The position numbers were made by a program, and so were the translations under genes. From positions 64,001 through 128,000 of the forward strand of contig JBBFKX010000001.1 of the NCBI GenBank assembly GCA_037481815.1: a stretch of DNA of 64,000 nt, read 5' to 3'. This DNA is from a candidate division WOR-3 bacterium. GTDB taxonomy: Bacteria; Hydrothermota; 32-111. This document shows positions 39,957 to 49,825 of this stretch, piece after piece. How positions within the stretch are numbered: the stretch's first letter is position 1; each line of letters starts with the position of its first letter. The notes beneath the pieces were generated by a model. It had not been told where the DNA came from. It saw only the letters and a program-made list of their open reading frames with translations, and did not search any database.

Positions 39957-42764
39957 TCAGTAAAGGGAAAGAGTGAGCCCAAGATTCGGGATATCATAAA
40001 TGTGGTCATAAGAAATAAAAATCCCTGGAGCAAATGTTCCAAGTGCAAAAAGATCTGAGATCAGGTTTATATTGAATTTTGAAACTGAAATCCTTTCTTT
40101 TTGATCGAATGAATATCCTTCAGTATGGCTCAATGATAATGTGAGGTATGACAATTTTATCGGTGAAGATATGAATAATTTTATCGGAATCCCCCTGTTT
40201 ATATGCAAGGGAATGTTAAAAAGCCCAATCTTTACAAGATTCAGATTCTTTGAAACGAATGAAACAAAGTTCCCTTCGTCAAGATAGTTGTATCTCAGTT
40301 TGACATTTTTGAAGAAAAGATTTTCGTTGGTTGAAGGATTATAGATATTTATATTGTTGTTGTTAGTTAAAAAAGTTTCAAAGAAAGCAAAAAATGTAGT
40401 TCTCCAGTTAAAAGATTTATAAGTTTCAAGTTTTAAGTTAATTCCGAGATCGTTAATGGGATCATAACCTGAAGCGTTTGTGTTGGATAAAAATATGTTT
40501 GATAAAAACCTATAACCTGATGAAGGAATTATACTTCTTATTGAACTTTCAGTTTTTGAATATAGAAAATCAAAATATAAACCTTTTGAATACAAAGAAT
40601 CTGTTTTCAAAATTGAAATCGCTGGTGAAAAGGAGAACGAGTGTTCGAACTTTAATCGATCAAAGAATATTCCTGCTGAAATCGAATAACTGTCAGGAAG
40701 ATATTTTTTTATTCCAGTTTTGCTTCCTTCGTTGAGTAAATCGAAAGAAACAAAAATATCATGTTTAAATTGTGAAAAGACGATCTGGGAAAAGTTATAG
40801 TATTGAATATCGGATGGATTAGAATTCAAGTCGTATGTGTAGGAAAAGATTCCAAGTGTTAAAAAGGATAAAGATTGCGATATATCAGCATTTATGTTGA
40901 AGAATGGGAAAAGAAGTAGTATATCACTCATCGATAACGAATCATCAAAAAGTGGAACAACAAGAGGTAAAAAGTAATAAGTTCCGGGACCTGAAAATTT
41001 TGGTAGTATGTACTTTTTGTGATCGATTCTGTAATCGAAATTTTTGCTTATCGGTAGATAGTTCTGATACTCTTTCAACTCGATTTCATATTTTTTATCT
41101 TCAAGTTTTTTTAGTTTTGCATAAAAGATGTTATCACCATCTTTAGTTATATCCTGGAAATAAACTTTTCCATTTTCTTCATCAACTGAGTAGTTTGAAA
41201 TGTTGTTTATCGATCTGAGATATGGCTCAATTCTATTTGAATCGAGATCGTAGAAAAAGAGAGTGTTGAATCCATCTCGATCAGAGATAAAGTAAAAGCC
41301 GTTAAATTTTTTACTCCATTGTGGCAAAAAATCTGTCTCACGGTCAGAGGTTAAAAATCTTTCTTTTTTATTTTCAAGATCAAATAGAACTATATCTGTA
41401 AAACCTCCATCCTTGTAAACTGATAAGAGTATAGATTTTCCATCTTTTGTGGATATAGAGTTCAACCTGTAATTTTCAGGAAACTCGATTGAGTCAATCA
41501 AACTTTCTTTTTTTAAAGAATAAAGGATTATGAAATTTTTATTTTGAGTGTTCCTGATGAAAAATAATGTGTCTTTATAGATTTCAGGTGAAAAACCTCT
41601 GAAAGTATGTGGTAATTTTTTTATCTTTTTCGTTTTAAAATTATATGAATATATTGAAAAGAAATAGGATAGGTTGTCGTAAAGATCGATCATATCATAA
41701 ATGATAAAATCATCTGTGATCTGAAATTTTGTTGTGTATAAAGTTTTAAAAAGTTCAGTTTTTTTACCATCTTCATAAACTATTATTCTCTGTCTTCTAT
41801 GGAAATACGATTCTATAAAGTAAACTTTATTCTCTTTGTAAACAGGGTTCGTTTTTTCAAAGCCATCGTTGATAAGTTTTTCTTTTATATAGAAATCATA
41901 ATTTTTCATAATTTCAAATGTCTTTTTCTCAACATCCTTGTAAACTAAATCGAGAATCGTTGATGGAAGATAGGAATTTCTTATAAGGAAAAAGATATCT
42001 GGAAATAAAAATTCAACTGGTAAACATGTGCAAAAATTGATATCTGAAAGAGTGTAAATCTCTTTCCCTGAGATTTCTTTTGTTTTATCGAAGATGTAAG
42101 GACCATAAAGATAAGGCAGTGTTCCATAGGGATATTCACTATCATAATATGATACCGCTCGATCAAGTGGTGCTTTTTTGTTTTCAAGATACAAGGTTCT
42201 CAAAATCGCTTCAAAATTTGTGTCTCTCAATCGCCCTGATTTTATAGTTGATTCGTTATAGACGGTGTATCCTTCAAGGAAATACATAGGTTGAGCAACG
42301 GCGGGCAGATATAAACATGAGTTCAAAGTTTTACTCAGAATTTTTGGTTTTGTTTTTGTCAGATGAAATGTGTGAGTCAACTCATGTATCAAAACATACT
42401 CGATCCAATTCTCATGTTTTGATATGAAGGAAGGGTCGGGATTCGCAAGATAGATGTTAACTGTTGGATTGAGAATTGGAGTTGAAAACCCGTTTGGAAG
42501 ATCTGACTGATCTGTTATCAAAAGATTTATTTTGTTTGGAGGTTCAGTTTTCATCAATTTTTTCAATGTATCATAAACACCTTCAGAAATCTTAATTATT
42601 TTTTCAATATCGTTTGAAAGTTCTTTTTTGTATATGTAATTGAAATGTTCAGATGAAGCAAAAAAAGTGTTTGAAATATCGTTGAAAACTTTCGGAACAA
42701 GAATTTGACTCAAAAGAGGTATTGTGAATGAAATGATTATAAAAATATAAAAAATTTTTTTCAT
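39957..42764 (-). CDS. Secreted/outer-membrane protein with gluzincin-like domain, TolB-like propeller and probable beta-barrel
   Basis: Signal peptide; IHELTH...FLEG; DFLPQWS PD40-like repeats; alternating beta-strand C-terminus ending in Tyr. Confidence 0.7.
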   Translation of the reverse strand: MKKIFYIFIIISFTIPLLSQILVPKVFNDISNTFFASSEHFNYIYKKELSNDIEKIIKISEGVYDTLKKLMKTEPPNKINLLITDQSDLPNGFSTPILNPTVNIYLANPDPSFISKHENWIEYVLIHELTHTFHLTKTKPKILSKTLNSCLYLPAVAQPMYFLEGYTVYNESTIKSGRLRDTNFEAILRTLYLENKKAPLDRAVSYYDSEYPYGTLPYLYGPYIFDKTKEISGKEIYTLSDINFCTCLPVEFLFPDIFFLIRNSYLPSTILDLVYKDVEKKTFEIMKNYDFYIKEKLINDGFEKTNPVYKENKVYFIESYFHRRQRIIVYEDGKKTELFKTLYTTKFQITDDFIIYDMIDLYDNLSYFFSIYSYNFKTKKIKKLPHTFRGFSPEIYKDTLFFIRNTQNKNFIILYSLKKESLIDSIEFPENYRLNSISTKDGKSILLSVYKDGGFTDIVLFDLENKKERFLTSDRETDFLPQWSKKFNGFYFISDRDGFNTLFFYDLDSNRIEPYLRSINNISNYSVDEENGKVYFQDITKDGDNIFYAKLKKLEDKKYEIELKEYQNYLPISKNFDYRIDHKKYILPKFSGPGTYYFLPLVVPLFDDSLSMSDILLLFPFFNINADISQSLSFLTLGIFSYTYDLNSNPSDIQYYNFSQIVFSQFKHDIFVSFDLLNEGSKTGIKKYLPDSYSISAGIFFDRLKFEHSFSFSPAISILKTDSLYSKGLYFDFLYSKTESSIRSIIPSSGYRFLSNIFLSNTNASGYDPINDLGINLKLETYKSFNWRTTFFAFFETFLTNNNNINIYNPSTNENLFFKNVKLRYNYLDEGNFVSFVSKNLNLVKIGLFNIPLHINRGIPIKLFISSPIKLSYLTLSLSHTEGYSFDQKERISVSKFNINLISDLFALGTFAPGIFISYDHIYDIPNLGLTLSLY

Positions 42765-43468
42765 CCTAAAATTTTTATTCCTGTAAAAAATTTTTCAACG
42801 ATTTCTGTCGCGTTTCCCTCAATAAAAATATCTATATCCTCATTATAAAAACTTTCCTTGTTTAAAAATATAGTTTTTGCTTTGAATTTTTTTGCTATCG
42901 AAACAAACGCAGCAGCAGGGTAGACCTGACCGCTTGTTCCGATTCCGACGAAAAGTTTTGTTTTCGACAAAAGTTCATAGATTTCATTTAAAAAGTATGG
43001 AACTTCTCCAAACCAGACAATATCAGGCCTTAAAATGTTTCCACATTTTTTACATTTTGGAACACCTTCAATATCTTCTAAATGTTCCTCATAATGAGAA
43101 CATCTTGTGCATTTGATTCTGAGTAAACTCCCATGCATATGTATAACTTTTGATGATCCAGCTCGTTCATGCAGATCATCAACATTCTGTGTAACAATAT
43201 AAGTTTTTGGGTGTTTTTTCTGAAAATCAGCAAGAGCATAATGTGCTCTGTTTGGAACAACATCTTTTAACTGTTTTCTTCTTTTTGAATAGAACTCCCA
43301 CACAAGAGCAGGGTTTTTTTGAAACGCCTCGGGAGTAGCAACATCTTCAATATTGTATTGCTCCCAGAGTCCGCCTGAATCCCTGAAAGTTGAAAGCCCG
43401 CTTTCCGCACTTATTCCTGCTCCAGTTAAAACAAAAACTGTATCGTTTGAAGATATTGAAATTTGCAT
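42761..43468 (-). CDS. cobB: NAD-dependent deacylase (class III sirtuin)
   Basis: GAGISAESG..TFR, YxxR, TQNVD, HG, two CxxC, RPDIVWFGE, GTSG.VYPAA. Confidence 0.95.
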   Translation of the reverse strand: MQISISSNDTVFVLTGAGISAESGLSTFRDSGGLWEQYNIEDVATPEAFQKNPALVWEFYSKRRKQLKDVVPNRAHYALADFQKKHPKTYIVTQNVDDLHERAGSSKVIHMHGSLLRIKCTRCSHYEEHLEDIEGVPKCKKCGNILRPDIVWFGEVPYFLNEIYELLSKTKLFVGIGTSGQVYPAAAFVSIAKKFKAKTIFLNKESFYNEDIDIFIEGNATEIVEKFFTGIKILG

Positions 43469-43490
43469 ACCTTACTATAATATAAATATT

Positions 43491-44279
43491 ATGGAGAGAA
43501 GTCAATATAAAGTCGGTTTTGCACAATTAAAAATCGAACATAAACGGATTGAGAAAAATTTAGATAAAATAATAAAAATCACAAAAGAAAACGATTTTGA
43601 CCTTCTCGTGTTCCCGGAACTTTCTCTTTCAGGATACGCTTTTGAAAACAAAAACGAATTGAAAAAATATTCGTTTAAAATGGATGATAAAATTTTTGAT
43701 GATCTTGTTTATCTGTGTAAAAAAGATTCAAAGACGATAGTTTTTGGTTTTTCTGAAAAAGAAAAAAATAACCTTTACAATTCAGCGATCGCTATAACCT
43801 GTTCGGGGAAAAAATATGTGTATAGAAAAACACATTTATTTTTCAACGAGAAAAAACTTTTCAAAACAGGGGATACAGGATTTTTTGTGATCGATATTGA
43901 TGGTATGAATGTTGGAATCATGATCTGTTTCGATTGGATTTTTCCAGAAGCGGCAAGAACGCTCGCTTTGAAAGGTGCAGATGTTCTGGCTCATCCATCA
44001 AACCTTGTGATGCCTTACTGTCAGAATGCGATGATCACAAGATCTTTGGAAAATCGAGTTTACTCTGTAACTGCAAATAGGATTGGAAAAGAGAAAGAAT
44101 ACAAATTCACAGGGCAGAGTCAGATAGTATCTCCACAAGGAGAAATCGTTTTCAGAGCAGAAAGGGAATATGAAAAAATTTTTATTACACAGATTGACCT
44201 AAAAAAATCAAGGGATAAAAAGATAAATCGTTTAAACGATCTTTTTAAAGATAGAAGGGGGGAGTGTTATGAGGTATAA
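43491..44279 (+). CDS. Carbon-nitrogen hydrolase (nitrilase superfamily)
   Basis: FPEL, YRKTHL and ICFD form the E-K-C triad; ATG 43491 (the longer ORF-track start overlaps cobB). Confidence 0.92.
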   Translation: MERSQYKVGFAQLKIEHKRIEKNLDKIIKITKENDFDLLVFPELSLSGYAFENKNELKKYSFKMDDKIFDDLVYLCKKDSKTIVFGFSEKEKNNLYNSAIAITCSGKKYVYRKTHLFFNEKKLFKTGDTGFFVIDIDGMNVGIMICFDWIFPEAARTLALKGADVLAHPSNLVMPYCQNAMITRSLENRVYSVTANRIGKEKEYKFTGQSQIVSPQGEIVFRAEREYEKIFITQIDLKKSRDKKINRLNDLFKDRRGECYEV

Positions 44280-44718
44280 AAAATTACCATGTTTTGATGG
44301 ATGTGTTGTCTGTGGGAAAAAAAATCCTGTAGGGCTGAAACTCGATTTTTACCTGAACGAAGAAAAAAATATTGTTTTTGCAGAAGTGGTTTTGGATAAA
44401 AATTATATCGGATACGACAACATAATCCATGGTGGAATAGTTACGATGGTTCTTGATGAAGCTATGGCATGGGCGAACATAGAGTTAACTGGGAAGATGG
44501 CTTTAACAAAAAATATAATGGTCAATTTTTTGAAACCTGTTAAATCTGGATTGAAATACAGAGTTGAAAGTCATCTGAAAGAAATGCAGGATAATAAAAC
44601 GATTACAGTTGCAGTTTTAAAAGATTCAGATGGTTCGCTATGTGCTGAAGGTGAAGGTGAGTTTATACTTATGAGTGAAACAAGAAGTGAGAAGATGAAA
44701 AAAGGGTTAACCTATTAG
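44269..44718 (+). CDS. PaaI family thioesterase
   Basis: C.VCG..NP.GL, HGGIV...LDEAM. Confidence 0.9.
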   Translation: MRYKKLPCFDGCVVCGKKNPVGLKLDFYLNEEKNIVFAEVVLDKNYIGYDNIIHGGIVTMVLDEAMAWANIELTGKMALTKNIMVNFLKPVKSGLKYRVESHLKEMQDNKTITVAVLKDSDGSLCAEGEGEFILMSETRSEKMKKGLTY

Positions 44719-44726
44719 GAGGTAAA

Positions 44727-44975
44727 ATGGCTTTTGAAAGGGAAAAAGTAAAATCTTTAATATTTACAACGAACTCTGAAATTCGAGGTTTTGTTCATAT
44801 ACCGCCGGGTGGAAGGTTGACAGATTTTTTGAACAATATCGCAAAACCTTTCATCCCTGTTACGGATGCTGAAGTTAGAACCTCTGATGGAAGAATATTT
44901 AAAACCGATTTGATGCAGTTGAACAAAGATTTTATTATTGTGATCATTCCCGAAGAGGCGATGGAAAAAGAGTGA
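44727..44975 (+). CDS. Small conserved hypothetical protein (DUF6812-like)
   Basis: AGGAGG RBS; IRG.VH.P...RLTDFLN....FIPVTDA. Confidence 0.75.
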   Translation: MAFEREKVKSLIFTTNSEIRGFVHIPPGGRLTDFLNNIAKPFIPVTDAEVRTSDGRIFKTDLMQLNKDFIIVIIPEEAMEKE

Positions 44976-45710
44976 TCATTCAGTATACTTTTTGATTAGA
45001 TCGTTTATATCCATCTCTTTACCTGCTTTTATCTCAAAAACTGAATCATCGATTTTTATATTGATATCTATTTTTTGCGTTTTCATCTCCATGATCTTTT
45101 GACCGTCTAAGGTTGCTGTTATTAAAAAAGGCATATAGTATTTTGAATCGATCTGTTTATAATCACTCATCACCATAACAACAGTGTCCTGATTTTCATT
45201 CTGATAATCAACAGTTTTAACAAGGAACAGGTTCTTCTTATCGATAAAAATCAGTGAATTGTTTAATTTCTTTTGGAAAACATAACAGTTATCCTGATCT
45301 TTTAAATATTTATACTCTTCACTCAGTTGTTTCCACCAGAGAATTCCTTTGTCCTGAATATAATTTTCTTTTTCCTTTTCTGTTAATTTAACTTTTCCTA
45401 CGATTGGATTCACAAGAAAAATTTTTTCTCCATCGTTTATTATAGTTGTTGCCATCTGTTCAACATCATCAATTTCAGATTTATCAGGGATTATGTCCAA
45501 CTTCATCTTTTTGTCTTTTACCCAGATGTATGTTGTCATTGGAACTTTCATATCGTTACTAAAAAATATACTCTTATATGTTGCCTCCATACTTTTTATC
45601 TCTGAATATGATGAATATTTTTGTTCAATCTTTTGTAAAATCTCATCTTCTGTCTCAGCATGGAAAATGATTGCGAGAATTACTATTGTGAAAAATAAAA
45701 ATTTTTTCAT
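44976..45710 (-). CDS. LolA-like outer-membrane lipoprotein-sorting protein
   Basis: Signal peptide; IINDGEK, IFIDKK..., DYKQID...MP, IN..IDDSVF. Confidence 0.7.
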   Translation of the reverse strand: MKKFLFFTIVILAIIFHAETEDEILQKIEQKYSSYSEIKSMEATYKSIFFSNDMKVPMTTYIWVKDKKMKLDIIPDKSEIDDVEQMATTIINDGEKIFLVNPIVGKVKLTEKEKENYIQDKGILWWKQLSEEYKYLKDQDNCYVFQKKLNNSLIFIDKKNLFLVKTVDYQNENQDTVVMVMSDYKQIDSKYYMPFLITATLDGQKIMEMKTQKIDINIKIDDSVFEIKAGKEMDINDLIKKYTE

Positions 45711-47095
45711 AACAACTCCTTTTCAAGTGATTCAATTTTAGAGATAAAAATTTTATTATCAATACTTTTAAAGTATTTTTTTATTTTTTGAAAATCTTTC
45801 TCTGAAACAAATTTTTTATTGGTTTTTGAAAAGTATGTTAAAAGTAACAGATATGATCTGTAAAAGTTGAAATTATCTTTTATCTTTTTATAGATTTTTA
45901 TACCTTTTTCAACCTCATTTATTGCTTTTTCAAAATCTTTTTTTGCAGCAAAAAATTTAGATTTTGTAACCAGAAATCTTGCCTTCTCTTTTTCAACATT
46001 GAATTTCTTTAAACCTTTTTCAGATAAATTCAAAAAGAGTTGTGCTTTTTTTAAATTTTTTTTCTTTAAAAAAAGTTCAGTTGAAAGATTCTGATACCAT
46101 AAAGTCAGGTCTGGAATGTTCACTTTTTTCACATAAAGCAAAACCTGTTTTAAGATTTCTTCAACCTTTTCTAACTCTTCAAGTTCAAAATAAAGATATC
46201 CAATATCGATAAGATTTATTCCCGATCTCCTTAGATCTTTTATTTGGTTTGCAATTTCGTTGGATTTTTTGAGAAACTCAATCGCCTGATCGATATTTCC
46301 TTTATATGTTTTCGCCGTTGCAATATTGTAGTAAGAGAGTGTTAACCCGTGTTTATCGTTTATCTCTTCCTGTATACTTTTTGCTTGCTCAAAAAGTTCG
46401 AGTGCTTTATCGTATTCTCCCATATCAAGGTAGATGTTACCAATGTTCGTGAGGTTTCTTGCTTTTTCAAGTGGTGAACCGATCTTTTCAAGTAATTCTT
46501 TAGTTTTTAAAAAATATTCGAGTGCTTTTTTGTAATCGTTCAAATTCTCATAGACAACGGCAATATTATTATAAGTCACAGCGATGCTTTTTGGCTCATT
46601 GAATTTCAATTTTATTTCAAGTGATTTTTTGTAAAACTCGAGTGCTTTTTGGTTGTTTCCTAAATAGTAATAGATTGACCCGATGTTGTTGTATCTTCCA
46701 CTTATACCTTCAAGTTGTTTTAATTTTTTTGCAATTTCAAGGGATTTTAAATAATATTTTAAACTTTTTTTATAGTCACCTGTTAAGTTGTAAATGTTGC
46801 CCAATCTGTTATAACATTTTGCAAGATCGTATTTGTCTTTTCTTTTTTTTGAGAGATTCTGTGCTCTCAAAATCAAAACTTTTGATTTTTCATAATTTGA
46901 AAGTGAAAAGTATATTTGACTCTCCTGAACCAATATATCTGTAAGGAGTTTCAGATCATTGAATTTTTTTATCTCTTTATGTGCTTCGTTAATATCTTTC
47001 AAAGCACTTTTGTTATCAGAAATCAGCGAGTAAACATCTGACCTTAAAATCAGTGATTTTATATACAGTTCTTTTGGATCTCTACCTGCTAACAT
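45707..47095 (-). CDS. Tetratricopeptide-repeat protein
   Basis: Multiple YNNIG.IY..LG.Y.KALE.Y.KSL repeats. Confidence 0.9.
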   Translation of the reverse strand: MLAGRDPKELYIKSLILRSDVYSLISDNKSALKDINEAHKEIKKFNDLKLLTDILVQESQIYFSLSNYEKSKVLILRAQNLSKKRKDKYDLAKCYNRLGNIYNLTGDYKKSLKYYLKSLEIAKKLKQLEGISGRYNNIGSIYYYLGNNQKALEFYKKSLEIKLKFNEPKSIAVTYNNIAVVYENLNDYKKALEYFLKTKELLEKIGSPLEKARNLTNIGNIYLDMGEYDKALELFEQAKSIQEEINDKHGLTLSYYNIATAKTYKGNIDQAIEFLKKSNEIANQIKDLRRSGINLIDIGYLYFELEELEKVEEILKQVLLYVKKVNIPDLTLWYQNLSTELFLKKKNLKKAQLFLNLSEKGLKKFNVEKEKARFLVTKSKFFAAKKDFEKAINEVEKGIKIYKKIKDNFNFYRSYLLLLTYFSKTNKKFVSEKDFQKIKKYFKSIDNKIFISKIESLEKELL

Positions 47096-49751
47096 TTTTC
47101 TTTAACTTTTTATAGGAATCGATAGCCCTTGTAAAATATTTTATAGCATCCTCGTTTGCGTATATCTTTTTTGCCTTTTCTCCTGCATGATAAGAATAAA
47201 GAAGTGACTTCTCATAATTTTTTGCCTGAAAATAATGGTGTGATAAGAGTTCATAATATTCATCAATGTTTTTGTTATACCTTTCCTCAATAAAGTTTCC
47301 TATTCTGTTGTGCAACTCCTCTCTTTTTGCAAACGATAATGTTCCGTAAGCAACTTCCTGTGTTAGAATATGCTTAAAATAGTAAGTGTTTTTACCGGTT
47401 TCACTTTTTTTTATAAGATCAAATCTTTCGAGATTTTTTAATGACTCTTCTAACAATTTTTTGTTCTCATAGATGTTTTCAAGAATATCAAGATCAACCT
47501 CTCTGCCTAAAACAGATGCTTTTTGTATCACATCTCGATCTGTGAAATCGAGAGTATCTATTCTCGATTGGATTATTGACTCAACACTTTCAGGAAGCAC
47601 AAGTTTCTCTATATCACCTTGAAATTCCCATTGATTTTCTTTTTCCTGAATGTAACCCTGTTCGATCAGTGATTTCACAAGTTCCTCAATGTAGAATGGG
47701 TTTCCCTGAGATTTCTTTATGATCAATTCTTTAAAATTTTTGGAGATGTTTTCAATGTTTAGCAGATTTTTAACGAGTTTTAAAGAGTCCTCTTTTGATA
47801 ACTCTTTTAAAACTATTTTTTCTGTTTGGAATTTTTTTTCTGCACTCTCAAGATCCTTTGATGGTCTGTAAACGAGTGTTAAAAGAATTTTGTGATTTGA
47901 AATTTTGTTTGAAACAAAATTGAAAAGTTCAAAAGATATAGAATCAGCCCAGTGGAAATCCTCGAGTATAATATTTAAAGGTTTTTTCGTTGAGAGTTCC
48001 AATAGGAGTTTACTTATAATATCAAAAGTTTTTTGTTTTTTCAGTTTTGTGTCAAGATATTTGAGATTTGACTGATCGGTGAAAGTTACTCCTAAAAGTT
48101 CACCAAATAAGGCAGACCATTCTTTTAATTCCTGATCCAAATTTTCAAGAGATTTTAAAATCTTTTGCTCTTTTGTTTCATTATCATCGCCTGACTTTAA
48201 ATCGAAAATTTCCTTCAAAATTTCGATCCATGGATGGTATGAAAAAGAACTTCCATAGGAAAAACATTCTCCTTTGAAAATCAAAAATTCATTTTCAGAA
48301 GAAATTTTTATCACCTCTTCAACAAGTCGTGATTTCCCGATACCAGGTTCACCACTTATTGAAAGAATGTATCCATTTCCATCTTTAACTTTTGAGAAAG
48401 TTTGTTTAATTCTTGTTATCTCTTCATCTCTTCCAATTATTTTTTCTGTCTGTGATATCCATCTTGTGATATTCTCTTTTTTCAATTCCTTTTTATTTTC
48501 GAGGATAAATGTCTTTTCTTTTTTTTCTTTTCCTTTCAGTTCAAGATCTCCAAAGTTTTTAAAATTGAAATAATGGTATGTTTTGTTAAAAATATTTTCA
48601 CTTACCAGAACTAGGCCATTTTCAGATTTTGCCGCAATTCTTGCGGCAAGGTTCACTCCATCTCCAAGAACAGTGTATTCGTATCGTTCTTTTCCTCCGA
48701 TTATTGAAACGAAAACATAATCAGAATTCACGCCCGCTTTGAGTTTTGAAAAATCTATCCTTGAATCGTGTTTCAAATCGTTTAAAAATAGCAGAGATCT
48801 AATTTCAGAGTCCTCATAGGTTTTGGGAAATCCAAATATTATTATAAATCTTTCTCCATCTTTATATGGATCTATACTTGTTATTATACCCTCATATTTT
48901 TCACAGTGTTCTTTAATAATCTCATAATAGTTTTTTAAAATCTGTAAACTTGTTTCGTGTTCGTTTTCGTAATCTAGTTGAGGAAGATGGATGAATATTA
49001 CGGAAATTTTTCTATGTTCACCATCTTTACTATCGATGGTGTTTTTAAATTTTAACCTTTCCTTCAGCCAGAGAGGGATATAATCATCTAAAATGTTTTC
49101 ATGAAAATTTTTCTTATACTGATTTATCTGAAATTTTTTGATCTTTTTTCTTCTCAAAACTTTATAATAATCACCTTCAGATTCGAAATCAAAATTTTTT
49201 ACATCTTTAAAATCGGTTGTAGTTATAATTTCACCTTTTTTAGCGATGTCTGATAGTTCTATAAGTTTATTTAATTGCCTTCCACCTGCAAAAAAGGTTG
49301 ACTTTAAATCAAAAATATGCACCTTCCCATAAACGAGTGAAATATGAACTCCGATTTTGAACTTTCCATTTTTAGTCCTAACATTCTCATTCTTTTTCAC
49401 ATACTTTAAAATCTCATAAGAACAGTACAAACTTCTCTCTTTTGAATCGATCGGAAGGTTGTCATCCTCTTTGAAAATCGCAAAAAACGCATCTCCAGCA
49501 AATCGATAGATGTCCCCACCATACGAATATGTTATTTTTACAAGGTTTTCAAAGTATGAGTTTAAAATTTTGTTAACCTCTTCCGATCCCTCTTTCCCAA
49601 GTTTTGAAAGTTTTTCACTCATCGCTGTGAAACCGGAAATATCAACAAAGATTGAAGAGCAGTTAAAAGAATCAAAAATTTTATTTTTGTTTTTCAGTTG
49701 TTTGAAGATATCGGGGACAAAAAGATTAAAAATATTTTTGTTTTCTCCCAT
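47082..49751 (-). CDS. Tandem class III nucleotide cyclase + STAND (AAA_16) NTPase
   Basis: FVDISGFT and FAGDA (C1); EYTVLGDGVNLAARI (C2); GEPGIGKS, LEDFHWAD, GNPFYIEE, YFKH. Confidence 0.92.
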   Translation of the reverse strand: MGENKNIFNLFVPDIFKQLKNKNKIFDSFNCSSIFVDISGFTAMSEKLSKLGKEGSEEVNKILNSYFENLVKITYSYGGDIYRFAGDAFFAIFKEDDNLPIDSKERSLYCSYEILKYVKKNENVRTKNGKFKIGVHISLVYGKVHIFDLKSTFFAGGRQLNKLIELSDIAKKGEIITTTDFKDVKNFDFESEGDYYKVLRRKKIKKFQINQYKKNFHENILDDYIPLWLKERLKFKNTIDSKDGEHRKISVIFIHLPQLDYENEHETSLQILKNYYEIIKEHCEKYEGIITSIDPYKDGERFIIIFGFPKTYEDSEIRSLLFLNDLKHDSRIDFSKLKAGVNSDYVFVSIIGGKERYEYTVLGDGVNLAARIAAKSENGLVLVSENIFNKTYHYFNFKNFGDLELKGKEKKEKTFILENKKELKKENITRWISQTEKIIGRDEEITRIKQTFSKVKDGNGYILSISGEPGIGKSRLVEEVIKISSENEFLIFKGECFSYGSSFSYHPWIEILKEIFDLKSGDDNETKEQKILKSLENLDQELKEWSALFGELLGVTFTDQSNLKYLDTKLKKQKTFDIISKLLLELSTKKPLNIILEDFHWADSISFELFNFVSNKISNHKILLTLVYRPSKDLESAEKKFQTEKIVLKELSKEDSLKLVKNLLNIENISKNFKELIIKKSQGNPFYIEELVKSLIEQGYIQEKENQWEFQGDIEKLVLPESVESIIQSRIDTLDFTDRDVIQKASVLGREVDLDILENIYENKKLLEESLKNLERFDLIKKSETGKNTYYFKHILTQEVAYGTLSFAKREELHNRIGNFIEERYNKNIDEYYELLSHHYFQAKNYEKSLLYSYHAGEKAKKIYANEDAIKYFTRAIDSYKKLKKNVSR

Positions 49752-49825
49752 ATTGATATTTTACAAAAAATATCGAAAAAATCAAATATGTTGTAATAAT
49801 TTTAACAAATTATATAATACTTAAA

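Noticed and set aside
43353..43490. N-terminal extensions given by the ORF track (also at 28657, 33442, 34974, 55412)
   Set aside because: They overlap neighbouring genes or lie upstream of clear RBS/promoter signals
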